From positions 54,709-118,708 of the forward strand of contig NZ_SLUN01000018.1 of assembly GCF_004340685.1 (NCBI RefSeq): DNA of 64,000 nt, in the 5' to 3' direction. The translations under genes were made by a program, and so were the position numbers. This document shows, one piece after another, positions 40,397 through 50,037 of this stretch (position 1 is the stretch's first letter; the number at the start of each line of letters is the position of its first letter). The notes under the pieces are model-generated. The model did no database searches, was not told the origin of the DNA, and was given only the letters and a program-made list of their open reading frames with translations. The DNA is from Hydrogenispora ethanolica. GTDB lineage: Bacteria; Bacillota; UBA4882; UBA8346.

Positions 40397-41521
40397 CTAC
40401 TGAATTCGGGCGTCAATCTGCGATAAAATCTGCGGATTTCTCACACTAAACTCCAGAGTAAGCAATAGCAGTTCGATTTCGGCCCGTTGAAAAAGTTCCG
40501 TAAACCGTTCCAGCTTCACTCCATCCTTCGCCGTTACGACGATCTCGGTGATCGCCGTTTCCCGCAACTCCGCTATCAAAGACTCCATCTCTTCCGGAGT
40601 CCAGGAATGGTGATCGGGATAAACCTTGGTGAAGGCGAGCTCTGCTCCGAGTCCGGTCAAGGAGTCAAAGAACTGTTGCGGATTGCCGATGGCGGTGACC
40701 GCTCCGCAACGGCGGCCCTCTAAGAATGAAACCGCCGCTGCCGGGGATGGCTCATCCGACCATTCGCTCAGCTTCACAATCTCGGGCGGAAGCGGCTCCA
40801 CCAAACCGACTTGCAATTCGGGATTTTCCCGGATTAACCGGTCGGTCAGACGTTCCAACTCCACCTGATCTACCCGCTCAAGGCGAGTCAGGAAAACTGC
40901 CTGAGCCCGGGATAATCCGCTTAGCGGTTCCCGTAAAATCCCCCTGGGGATCAGCCGTCCGTTGCCAAAAGGATTACTGGCGTCCATGACCACAATGTCG
41001 TAGTCCCGCTGCAGCTTCCAATATTGAAAACCGTCATCCAGCACAAAACAGTCGATCGTCGGATCGCACTGCAATGCGGCCTGTCCCATTCGCAAACGGT
41101 CCCTTCCCACCGACACGCGTGTTCCCGGCAGCAGCTTGGCCAATAAATAGGGTTCATCGCCGGTGAGGCCCGGCTGTAAATTGGAGAGCTCGTCACTGCA
41201 AAATACTAAGCCTTCCTTTTGGGCCACGCCCCCGTATCCCCGGGTCAAGATCGCCGGGTTTCGGCCGCCCGCCCGGAGCCAGCGCACCAGCCAAACCACG
41301 GTGGGAGTCTTTCCGGTGCCTCCGGCCACCAGATTGCCGACACTAATCACCGGTACCGGCAAACTGCGGGAACGCGTGAGCGCCCGGTTTAAGCCCAACA
41401 AAAGGCGGTATAGCCCTTCCAATCCGGTCAGCAGCAGCCGCACCGCTCCGGCCAGCGGACCTTGCTCCGTCCCCGAGACGACTCGATATAAATAATCCAG
41501 AATGGGTTGCTCCCGCCTCAC
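40397..41521 (-). CDS. lpxK: Tetraacyldisaccharide 4'-kinase
   Basis: P-loop VISVGNLVAGGTGKTP. Confidence 0.85.
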   Translation of the reverse strand: MRREQPILDYLYRVVSGTEQGPLAGAVRLLLTGLEGLYRLLLGLNRALTRSRSLPVPVISVGNLVAGGTGKTPTVVWLVRWLRAGGRNPAILTRGYGGVAQKEGLVFCSDELSNLQPGLTGDEPYLLAKLLPGTRVSVGRDRLRMGQAALQCDPTIDCFVLDDGFQYWKLQRDYDIVVMDASNPFGNGRLIPRGILREPLSGLSRAQAVFLTRLERVDQVELERLTDRLIRENPELQVGLVEPLPPEIVKLSEWSDEPSPAAAVSFLEGRRCGAVTAIGNPQQFFDSLTGLGAELAFTKVYPDHHSWTPEEMESLIAELRETAITEIVVTAKDGVKLERFTELFQRAEIELLLLTLEFSVRNPQILSQIDARIQ

Positions 41522-42813
41522 GAACCGCTCCTCACCAGATCGGCCAGCAAGCGGACTGTCTTTTCGGCCGCCCCCTGGTTCGACAGTACCGCCTGGCGTC
41601 CCGCCAGCGCCCGGCGGCGATAGAGCGCCCGGTCGGCGGTAAGTTCCTTGATGGCCTGCACCAAACCGTCGGCATCATTCACCGTAAAACCGGCGTCAAA
41701 CGCTTCCAATAGCTCCTTCATCTCCTGCTGGGCATGCATGTACGGGCCATAGATGACCGGCTTGGCCTGCACTGCCGCCTCCAGGATATTATGACCGCCG
41801 ATATCGACCAGGCTTCCTCCGACGAAGATCACCTCGGCCAGGGCATACGCCAAACTTAACTCGCCGAAGGTATCCAGGAGCAAAATCTGGGGCGATTCAT
41901 CGGATGATTGGGCAGTGCGCCGGGTAAACGAAAAACCGGAAGTCTTCAAAAGTCCGCTCACTGCTTCGGCCCGGTCCGGATGGCGCGGCGCCAGGATCAG
42001 ATAGTACGGCCGCTCTTTGAGTAATTCCCGATAGGCCTGGAGGACTTGCTCCTCCTCGCCGGGGTGGGTGCTGGCAGCCGTAAAGATGGGTATTTCCGGC
42101 TTCCAGTGGTATTGCTCCAGGAAGGCGGCCAGCTTATCCGGATGGAAAGTCGGGTAATCCTGATCAAACTTGGCGTTTCCGGCGACCACGATCTTCTCGA
42201 GCGGCGCGCCCAAAGTGCCGATGCGATTGGCGTCTTCCGCCGATTGCATGGCGAGAAGATCGAGCTGTCCCAGAACAGTTTTTAAAAAAGGAGCCACTTT
42301 CAAATATCTTCCGTAGGACCGGTTGCTGATCCTGCCATTCACCATCGCGATCTTGGCCCCGGCTTTGCGGCAGTAACGGATGGCATTGGGCCAAATCTCC
42401 GTTTCCACCATAATGAACAACCGCGGTTTGATCCGTTTCACAAAACGTCGGCTAAAAAACGGAAAATCGAATGGGAAATAAGTAATCGGGAGCGTATCTC
42501 CCAATAACTTTTGGGCCATTGCCTGGCCTGTCGGCGTGGTGGTCGTAAAGACCACCTGGTACTCGGGCAATATTTTCCGGATCTGATTGACGATGCAGTT
42601 TGCCACCACGGTTTCGCCCACCGAGACGGCTTGCACCCAAATCACCGGCTGAGGGCCGAGCTTTCGCAGGAAATCCGGCGTCATGTTATGAAAATACGGC
42701 AAAACGGGCCTTTTTAAAATGATATTGCGAATAATGAAATAGGGCCAGAAAAAAATCCCCGCCAATATCAGCAAACCGTTATAAAGGAGATAACTTACGC
42801 TCTGCCTAGCCAT
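41518..42813 (-). CDS. waaA: 3-deoxy-D-manno-octulosonic acid (Kdo) transferase
   Basis: KdtA/WaaA family glycosyltransferase; overlaps lpxK by 4 nt. Confidence 0.85.
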   Translation of the reverse strand: MARQSVSYLLYNGLLILAGIFFWPYFIIRNIILKRPVLPYFHNMTPDFLRKLGPQPVIWVQAVSVGETVVANCIVNQIRKILPEYQVVFTTTTPTGQAMAQKLLGDTLPITYFPFDFPFFSRRFVKRIKPRLFIMVETEIWPNAIRYCRKAGAKIAMVNGRISNRSYGRYLKVAPFLKTVLGQLDLLAMQSAEDANRIGTLGAPLEKIVVAGNAKFDQDYPTFHPDKLAAFLEQYHWKPEIPIFTAASTHPGEEEQVLQAYRELLKERPYYLILAPRHPDRAEAVSGLLKTSGFSFTRRTAQSSDESPQILLLDTFGELSLAYALAEVIFVGGSLVDIGGHNILEAAVQAKPVIYGPYMHAQQEMKELLEAFDAGFTVNDADGLVQAIKELTADRALYRRRALAGRQAVLSNQGAAEKTVRLLADLVRSGS

Positions 42814-43481
42814 TGCTGCAAAATCTCCTCTCCCCGCCGGTTCGCCTCATGAATGGCATCCCTGAGCCGTTGCTGTTCCAGCGCCAGCTGTTCCTCTGTC
42901 AGCTTCGCGGTTACAAAGATGGGTTCGCCGAAATAAGCCACGCACCGGGCAAATGGTTTCGGAATCACAAACTGATCCCAGCTTCGTTTCATCACCCATT
43001 TGCGATCGAAAACGAATGCCACCGGAATCAGCGGCGCGCCGGTTTTTTGGGCCAAATAAATGCCGCCCGGCTCGATATGGTAGAGCGGACCGCGCGGCCC
43101 ATCGGGAGTCAACGCCACTCCCGCGCCTTCCCGCAACACCCGGAGCAATTCAATCAACCCGCGCACCGCGCCTTTTGAGGTGGAACCCCGGATTATCCGC
43201 CAACCGAAACGGCTCATGATGGAGCTGGAATAATCACCATCCCGGCTCAAACTGGACAAAATATAATAGCCGCAACCGCGAAAGAAACAGAAACCCAACA
43301 TTTGCTGGCCGTGCCATGAATTGAGGATGAATCCTTGCTTGCCGTGAAACTGTTCCAACTGTTCGCGGCCGATCACCCGATACCGCAGGGTCCTCCCGAG
43401 CAACGCGACCAGCCAGAAGCCAACGCTGACAATCGCTTGGGTTGTAAACTTTTTTTTCAGTTGTCTGGTAAACCGCCCCAT
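42795..43481 (-). CDS. DUF374-type lysophospholipid-acyltransferase-like protein, of the kind often encoded beside waaA
   Basis: Family-level resemblance. Overlaps the waaA start. Confidence 0.6.
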   Translation of the reverse strand: MGRFTRQLKKKFTTQAIVSVGFWLVALLGRTLRYRVIGREQLEQFHGKQGFILNSWHGQQMLGFCFFRGCGYYILSSLSRDGDYSSSIMSRFGWRIIRGSTSKGAVRGLIELLRVLREGAGVALTPDGPRGPLYHIEPGGIYLAQKTGAPLIPVAFVFDRKWVMKRSWDQFVIPKPFARCVAYFGEPIFVTAKLTEEQLALEQQRLRDAIHEANRRGEEILQQWLGRA

Positions 43482-43895
43482 TAAGCCGTCCTTTACTGGA
43501 AATGCACAGCGTACGCTAAAAAAATAAAACCCTTCCGCAGAGCTGTACCAAAACCGCCATCATTCAATATCGGATTTCCTTTCAATTCCATCGGCGGCCA
43601 TTCTTATTCTACCATATTCATTTCACAATGTTAAGAACCGAGTTGCTTTGAGCTAAGTTGGAACTGACCCGGAGGCAGCGCTGCGGTCCCGCCGCGCCGC
43701 TCACCGGATACTGCTATTATTGTCAGCAAAAACAACATTTTCATGAATCAAAATTTGTCCCGCTGCTGTTTTTTCGGGCAAAGGACTTGTCCCTGGCGTA
43801 CCCGCCGGATAGCGGCGGCCCGATTTTCGGGTTATTCCGGGTTCGCCGTGACCACGGTCGAGGGCTTCAACGGTTACCACCCGGCGGCCCGGGCA

Positions 43896-44504
43896 TTAGC
43901 GGAGGAACCGGCCGATCGGTCCGTTTTTGTAGATCAGGTCCCGAACCTCCGGATAGCCGATCGCCAACTCCGGCACGCTTCCTTGTGCCGGGGTGTCTTC
44001 CGGCAGCGGAAACACCAAGATAAGGGCGGTCTCCGTCATATAGAACTCCTGGCGTTTCAGGACCCCGCCAAATTCGGCGACCGTCTCATCATCGCCCGCG
44101 TTCAACGTTTGACGGATCAGGCCATTTAGCCGGGACACATAATCGCAATCATCATTGAAGAGATCCTCGAATTTAAAAAGGTCGCCGCTGTGCAGATCGA
44201 AGGTCAATCCCTTGACCGCTATGGTCCGGAGGGCGTCTCCCGGCACATTGCCGGTCCCCTCCAGGCGGAGGCTGAGAATGCCTTTGGCGTTTAGCTTCAC
44301 CTGATAGCCGCCGGCGACCTCCCGCGTCAGCTCCGGCGCGTACCCCTGGTCGCGGATGAGATGCCGTACTTTCCTGGTGATGGCTTCATTCATCTGCTTG
44401 AGAACCCGTTTCTCCTGCGGACCCTCGATCTCGGGATAGCTGAAATTCAAGCCCGGTTTGGCGACCCGTTTTGGAAAGATCCGGGCCACCGCTTCTTCTC
44501 CCAT
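43896..44504 (-). CDS. Hypothetical protein, possibly DUF3298/DUF4163-like
   Basis: 202-aa ORF with a good coding look; weak family recognition only. Confidence 0.45.
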   Translation of the reverse strand: MGEEAVARIFPKRVAKPGLNFSYPEIEGPQEKRVLKQMNEAITRKVRHLIRDQGYAPELTREVAGGYQVKLNAKGILSLRLEGTGNVPGDALRTIAVKGLTFDLHSGDLFKFEDLFNDDCDYVSRLNGLIRQTLNAGDDETVAEFGGVLKRQEFYMTETALILVFPLPEDTPAQGSVPELAIGYPEVRDLIYKNGPIGRFLR

Positions 44505-44964
44505 GTTCGCTCTCCCTCCCGTTCAATAGCCTATTCAGTGGCGGAGAAAGTTGTGCCATCGTCCCAGGGAAAGAAGTATTCTTTTTGCAAGTTGAATCGC
44601 CGCTCCGGCCGCTTTCAGCCAATTTTCAGAAACATGTTTTATACTCGTATCTGTCAAACGAAGCATGCTACGGCGGGTGTTTCATATCCGAAATTATAAT
44701 GCCGGATAAAGCGGGATACTGCTTGTATTGAATCCCATCCGGTTACGTTGAACTTGGAGCCGTTCCTGAGTATTGAGATTGCGGACATGAGCCGTGGGTC
44801 GTGGACGTGGAGTTTCTGCGCTCGAAGTCTCGATGAAAGGTAACGTAGCCCCGGTTTTGGTAAAGCATTCGTTTCTGTACCCGTTCCAAGCTGAACCGGC
44901 TGGAAGGAAAACTCGACCCGAAGATTGAAGATATGGCATGGTAATATATTGAAGGAGAAATATC

Positions 44965-45333
44965 ATGAGCTTATGGGTGATTCAGATTATTATCTCCATA
45001 GCGCTGGGAGTAGCCGGACAACTGCTCTTTAAAGAAGGCGCTGCCCGGTTGGATGTATCGCTTTCCGGGGCAGCCGGGGTCTTTCCATTGCTGTGGCGCA
45101 TGTTTGCCGAACCTTTGATCTTCATCGGTCTGGTCTGCTATGGAGTCTCCACTGTCTTTTGGATATTAGTCTTGAAACAGAAGAACTTATCCATGGTTTA
45201 TCCGTTGATCGCCAGCAGCTACATTTTGGTGGTATTCTTTTCGTGGCTGTTCCGGCATGAAACAGTCGCGCCGTCGCGTTGGGTGGGAGCGTTGATCATC
45301 ACGGTCGGCGTCTGGCTGATCGCCCGGGGTTGA
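44965..45333 (+). CDS. Small 4-TM membrane protein, EamA/SMR-like (ArnE/ArnF-type flippase subunit-like)
   Basis: 122 aa; four hydrophobic helices. GAAGGAG RBS. Confidence 0.6.
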   Translation: MSLWVIQIIISIALGVAGQLLFKEGAARLDVSLSGAAGVFPLLWRMFAEPLIFIGLVCYGVSTVFWILVLKQKNLSMVYPLIASSYILVVFFSWLFRHETVAPSRWVGALIITVGVWLIARG

Positions 45334-45369
45334 CAGTCCTTTCGAAACATCATACCCTCATTTTGCGGA

Positions 45370-45668
45370 CGGGGCGTCTCCGGAGCCGGTCGCCACAGTT
45401 GCTTCCATGAAGGATAATTCTATGGCGATGACCGCCATGGTTCATTCCGTAACAGAAGAGCCAATGGCGACGATCGCCGTCGTTCCTTTTGCGGTTCAGG
45501 TAACTATGGCGACGACTGCCGTTGTTCATTCGACGATTGAAGAGCCCACGGCAGTATTGCCGCCGTTCGTTTTGCGGTTCAGGTAACAATGGCGGCGACC
45601 GCCATTACTTATTCCGTAACACGGAATGGGATAGCGGCCGTCGCCACAGTTTTGTTTGAAGTTCGCGA
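45370..45668. repeat. About 3.5 tandem copies of an approximately 83-bp repeat, each containing ATGGCG..CGCCAT-type palindromes, in the convergent intergenic region between the arnE-like gene and aroK
   Basis: Units at 45422-45505, 45506-45588 and 45589-45668, plus a partial unit at 45377-45421. The motif TTTGCGGTTCAGGTAAC[T/A]ATGGCG is repeated. Confidence 0.8.
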
Positions 45669-45886
45669 TCTTTCATTAATCCCTGTCATTCATCCTTGGC
45701 GGCGTCCCGCGGGATCTGGTTCCGGACAACAAAAAACACGATGACCTATCGTGCCTTCTGCACTCTTTGTAATGAAACATACCGGTTCAAAGGGTGTTCA
45801 CGCGCTGCGGCCAAAATACGGCACACCAACCCCGCAGCCATCGAACCCTCGATAGCCGTTCCCGGTTTGGGCATCGCAAGGACGTC

Positions 45887-46432
45887 TCATGGACGAGTCG
45901 GGTCCTGGGACGCAAGCAGCGGTTTTAGCAAATCACTAATCTTAAAGATCAGTTCATCGACTGACAGGCCGTCACATGGCATGGTCAGATCGGCATTGGC
46001 CTCGTATAACGGAATCCGCTCGTGGTACAAATCCACCAGCTGCTGACCCTCGGCCAGCGCAATCCCCCGGCTGGCCATGTTTTGAATCCGTTGTTCGATC
46101 GCGGGATAGGACAGTTGCAAATAGACCAGAATGCTGTCCCGTCGCAGCTGTTCGATGGCGGGCGCGCTATAGATGACACTCCCGCCGGTGGCGATCACCG
46201 TATCCGCGACCCGGATCTGCTGGACTACGGCCGCCTCAATCTGAAGAAACTCGACCACGCCATCCTGATCGATGATGGATTGCAATAACCGGCCTTCCCG
46301 TTGCTGAATGATCAGATCGGTATCGAGAAAGGCCATCCCCAAATGTTTGGCCAGCAATACTCCTAACGTGCTCTTGCCGGAACCGGGCATGCCGATAAAG
46401 ACGATGTTTTTTCCGTTCATATCTTCCCTCAT
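45887..46432 (-). CDS. aroK: Shikimate kinase
   Basis: NIVFIGMPGSGKSTLG Walker A. Confidence 0.88.
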   Translation of the reverse strand: MREDMNGKNIVFIGMPGSGKSTLGVLLAKHLGMAFLDTDLIIQQREGRLLQSIIDQDGVVEFLQIEAAVVQQIRVADTVIATGGSVIYSAPAIEQLRRDSILVYLQLSYPAIEQRIQNMASRGIALAEGQQLVDLYHERIPLYEANADLTMPCDGLSVDELIFKISDLLKPLLASQDPTRP

Positions 46433-46704
46433 TGATTTCAGAGAATTGCATCATGATTGGGCAAAAAAATTTATAAGAATAAGGCAATTCTCTCATTGTT
46501 CACGATGATCAATAATTGGCCGGCATTCGAAAATATCCTACAGATTTCGAGCGATGTTCGCTGAATTTAATCCATTCTTAACCTTTTGCCGAATATCACT
46601 TGACGGCGGGCCAAAGGAGTCCATCCCTACCAGGCAAAAATATAGCGCCGCAAGTGGTTCGCGGCGCCTTTTCTCGCTACGGATTGAACCGGGGCTGCAA
46701 GTGC

Positions 46705-47856
46705 TCAAGGACGACGCGCTGCTCCGGCCAAAAAGAATTTGAGGGAACGGGCGGTCGCTTCGCGGATCAACCGTTGGGAATCGGCCAGGGCTTCCTCCAA
46801 GGTCATCGGGCGGCTGATGATCGAAGTGACCGCGGTGATGCCACTTTGGTATACCTGTTCATAACCGGCGCCCAGCGAACCGGCGATGCCGATCACGGGA
46901 ACCCCGGCCGCCCCGGCCAATTTTCCAACGCCGCTGATGGTCTTGCCGAAAGCGGACTGGAAATCGATCCGGCCCTCTCCGGTCAGCACCAGTTGCGCGT
47001 CTTGCAACTGCTTTTCAAATTGAGTGACTTCCATCACGAGTTCGATCCCCGACGTCAGCCGGGCATTCAGGAAAGCGACTAAGCCGCCCCCCAAGCCGCC
47101 GGCCGCGCCCGCTCCGGGCAGCCACTGAATATCCTGGCCCAACTCTTCCCGCACCCGCTCCGCCAACCGTTCCAAACCGGCATCCAACTGCGCCACCATC
47201 TCCGGAGTCGCTCCTTTTTGCGGTCCGTAAACGGCGGCTGCGCCTTCGGGACCGGTTAACGGATTGGTCACATCGCAAGCCACCAAAAATTCGGTCGATG
47301 CGATCCGCGGATCGAGCCCGCTGCGCTCGATCCGCGCCAGGCGGCCCAGATCCCCTCCGCCTTCCTTCAATTCCAGGCCGGCGGCGTCCAGAAAACGGAC
47401 TCCCAATGCCTTCGCCATTCCGGTCCCGCCATCATTGGTGGCGCTGCCGCCAATCCCCAGAATAATCTTTTTGACGCCTAAGTCAAGCGCGGCGCGGATC
47501 AATTGCCCCGTTCCATAGGTGGAGGTGATCAAAGGGTTCTTTTCCGCCTCGCTCAAGAGTGGCAGGCCCGATGCCGCCGCCATCTCGATGATCGCCGCGC
47601 TCCGGTCGCCGGTCAAGCCAAAAAAGGAACGGATTTCCCGGCCCAACGGATCCCGGGCCGGGCACGGAATGATCTCCCCGGCGGTCGCCGTAACTACTGC
47701 TTCAACCGTTCCCTCGCCGCCGTCCGCCATGGGCATTTTGACAACGGCCGCATCGGGAATGAGCGCGGCGATGCCGTCGGCCATCGCCTTGCAGACTTGC
47801 GGCGCGGTTAAGCTGCCTTTAAAAGAATCCGGGGCCAGTATTATCTTCATCATCAT
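46705..47856 (-). CDS. glxK: Glycerate kinase
   Basis: MKIILAPDSFKGSLTA...; glycerate kinase family over its full length. Confidence 0.85.
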   Translation of the reverse strand: MMMKIILAPDSFKGSLTAPQVCKAMADGIAALIPDAAVVKMPMADGGEGTVEAVVTATAGEIIPCPARDPLGREIRSFFGLTGDRSAAIIEMAAASGLPLLSEAEKNPLITSTYGTGQLIRAALDLGVKKIILGIGGSATNDGGTGMAKALGVRFLDAAGLELKEGGGDLGRLARIERSGLDPRIASTEFLVACDVTNPLTGPEGAAAVYGPQKGATPEMVAQLDAGLERLAERVREELGQDIQWLPGAGAAGGLGGGLVAFLNARLTSGIELVMEVTQFEKQLQDAQLVLTGEGRIDFQSAFGKTISGVGKLAGAAGVPVIGIAGSLGAGYEQVYQSGITAVTSIISRPMTLEEALADSQRLIREATARSLKFFLAGAARRP

Positions 47857-47892
47857 CTTCCTTTGCTGAAAGCTGTTGTTTGGGCCAATCTT

Positions 47893-48894
47893 TCACATCG
47901 CCAAAACCTGTTTCCAGATGGCTTCATCCACGGGGATTCCCTGCTCCAGATTTTCGTTGCGGGTTTGCAGCGTTCGCTCGCCGGGATAATAAATCCGCTC
48001 CCCCTCCCGCAGCGGCTCGGACTGGTGAATATGATCGATCAATCGCATGATCGTCCCGCGCACCGCCTCCGGATCCGGCAGCACCGATAAGTCAAAGGCC
48101 AAAAAAACCTGGGACAAAGCGTATTCGCTCTCCAAGCGGCCGATCTCAGCCGTGGAATTGCCGCCGGAAAGAACTGTCGCCACCAAGTCCAGTAAGAAGG
48201 AGAGCCCGGAACCTTTCCAATACCCGATTGGCAATCCCAACAGAGTTTCACTGATTGCTTCCGGATCCCGGGTGATCTTTCCCTCTTTGTCAAAGCCGCC
48301 GTCGAACGGCAACATTTCATGGCGCCGTTGGTAAATTTCGACCTTTCCCATGGAAAACTGGGATAGGGCCATATCCAAAACAATATGTCCTGCCGCGCGC
48401 GGCACAGCCAATACCAAAGGATTATTCCCCAAACGGCGCTCCCGCCCTCCCCAGACGGGCATATTCGGCGTGGTATTGCTCCAGCAGATTCCGATGCATT
48501 CCGCTTCTGCCGCTTGCCATCCATAAGTACCGCCGCGCATCCAATGGTTCGTGTTTTTCAGTGCCACGCAGCCCATGCCATTCTCCCGGGCCTGCTGAAT
48601 CGCACGATTCATGGCAAATTGAGCATTCAAGCTGCCCGGTCCCAAGTGCCCATCCCAGCGCTCCCAGGTTCCGAAACGTTGTACGAGTTCCGGTTGGGCA
48701 TCCATGGCGATGTACCCTTTTTGGATGTATTCGATAAACCGCGGAAACCGGTTCAATCCGTGAGAGTACACCCCGTCACGGCTATTATCGGCGAAAATTT
48801 TGGCGCAGGCGCCCGCCCGCTCTATCTCAAACCCTTGTCTGCAAAGCACCCGGGTGAGCTGTTCGACCATCTCGGCGTAATTGACCCGTTTCAT
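47893..48894 (-). CDS. Ldh_2 family (malate/L-lactate dehydrogenase type 2) oxidoreductase
   Basis: Family resemblance (…GVYSHGLNRFPRF…). Confidence 0.7.
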   Translation of the reverse strand: MKRVNYAEMVEQLTRVLCRQGFEIERAGACAKIFADNSRDGVYSHGLNRFPRFIEYIQKGYIAMDAQPELVQRFGTWERWDGHLGPGSLNAQFAMNRAIQQARENGMGCVALKNTNHWMRGGTYGWQAAEAECIGICWSNTTPNMPVWGGRERRLGNNPLVLAVPRAAGHIVLDMALSQFSMGKVEIYQRRHEMLPFDGGFDKEGKITRDPEAISETLLGLPIGYWKGSGLSFLLDLVATVLSGGNSTAEIGRLESEYALSQVFLAFDLSVLPDPEAVRGTIMRLIDHIHQSEPLREGERIYYPGERTLQTRNENLEQGIPVDEAIWKQVLAM

Positions 48895-49006
48895 CGAAGC
48901 CTCCTTAAAAAAACTTTTCTGGTTTTAAATAGTATTTCCGCATAAAATACGAAAAACCAGAAGCTTCCCGCTACTGGTTATTACTGAAGATGGATTAAAA
49001 CCCGCA

Positions 49007-49231
49007 TCATTTTTTAAACAATCGATCCAATTTTTCGAGATTCGGCTGGCTCAAAGCAGCTAACTGATTTTCCTTCTGAATCTCCCGATAGACCTCTTCC
49101 CGGTGCACCGCAACTTCACGAGGAGCGGTAATCCCTAGCTTGACTTGGTCGCCTTTCACATCCACGATGGTAATCTTGACGTCATCGCCGACCATGATAC
49201 TCTCATTCAACTTACGGGTTAATACCAACAT
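49007..49231 (-). CDS. csrA: Carbon storage regulator CsrA
   Basis: [34 protein letters not shown]. Confidence 0.92.
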   Translation of the reverse strand: MLVLTRKLNESIMVGDDVKITIVDVKGDQVKLGITAPREVAVHREEVYREIQKENQLAALSQPNLEKLDRLFKK

Positions 49232-49320
49232 CAGGGATCCTCCTTGACTTGTGGAGATTCATGTCTCAAATATATACCTTGATATTTTCTCCGAAAGTAA
49301 GAAAATCCCTTTTTTTTCTT

Positions 49321-49791
49321 TCAGCGGACCGCTGTTTTTTTGTGGATTGACGTATCGCTGGATGTGAACAGCGGATGCCTCAGCTGGTATGCTGGATGGT
49401 GAAGGATGATCTGCTTGCCCATCCGCGATGAGAGGCCAACGATAATGGGCGCCGCCAGATTCACTGTTGCCTGGCTGATATCGGCGGGAAGCACCACCAC
49501 CGCGTACGTAACCGCCTCGGCGGGAGACGCGAGACCGATCTCCGCCGCATCCTCATCGGAGATTTCGAAGGAGAATCCCGGCGCAACCTGATTGAACTCA
49601 ATGAGGATAAGAGCCAGTTCCGGCTGTTCTATGGATTGGAGAATGAAAAAAGGCGAATCTTCCTTATAATGCATGATGGTATACACGTGACGGCTTTCAA
49701 ACCCCGGCAATCCATTTTTAAACGTAATGCAGTCGGCTTCCGAAATCTCTTGCGGTCCGAAAAATTTGGTTTCGATTTGCATCAGGCTCAT
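49321..49791 (-). CDS. fliW: Flagellar assembly factor FliW
   Basis: FliW family; located immediately upstream of csrA, as in Bacillus. Confidence 0.88.
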   Translation of the reverse strand: MSLMQIETKFFGPQEISEADCITFKNGLPGFESRHVYTIMHYKEDSPFFILQSIEQPELALILIEFNQVAPGFSFEISDEDAAEIGLASPAEAVTYAVVVLPADISQATVNLAAPIIVGLSSRMGKQIILHHPAYQLRHPLFTSSDTSIHKKTAVR

Positions 49792-50037
49792 CCTTCCTCT
49801 GACATCAATTCATTCATTTGAATATCCCACTCATGATCATCGGAAAATTCCAATAAACCTTTATATGAAAAATGACACAATTTCAAAAAAATGTAAAGGA
49901 ATGTAAAATTATTTCAAATACAATAAAGAAGACGCCGTATGTCGTCTTCTTATGAATAAATTATAACATGATCGTCTCACATTATGGAATATATTTTAAA
50001 ATAAATTTCCCAATTCAAAACGGCCGTTTCAAAAACA

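Noticed and set aside
43482-43895. Possible small gene or ncRNA in the 414-bp gap upstream of the DUF374-waaA operon. Two overlapping plus-strand ORFs are listed at 43658-44129.
   Set aside because: The plus-strand ORFs overlap each other and the downstream minus-strand gene, and they are Arg/Pro-rich. No conserved structure is evident. Treated as a promoter or leader region.
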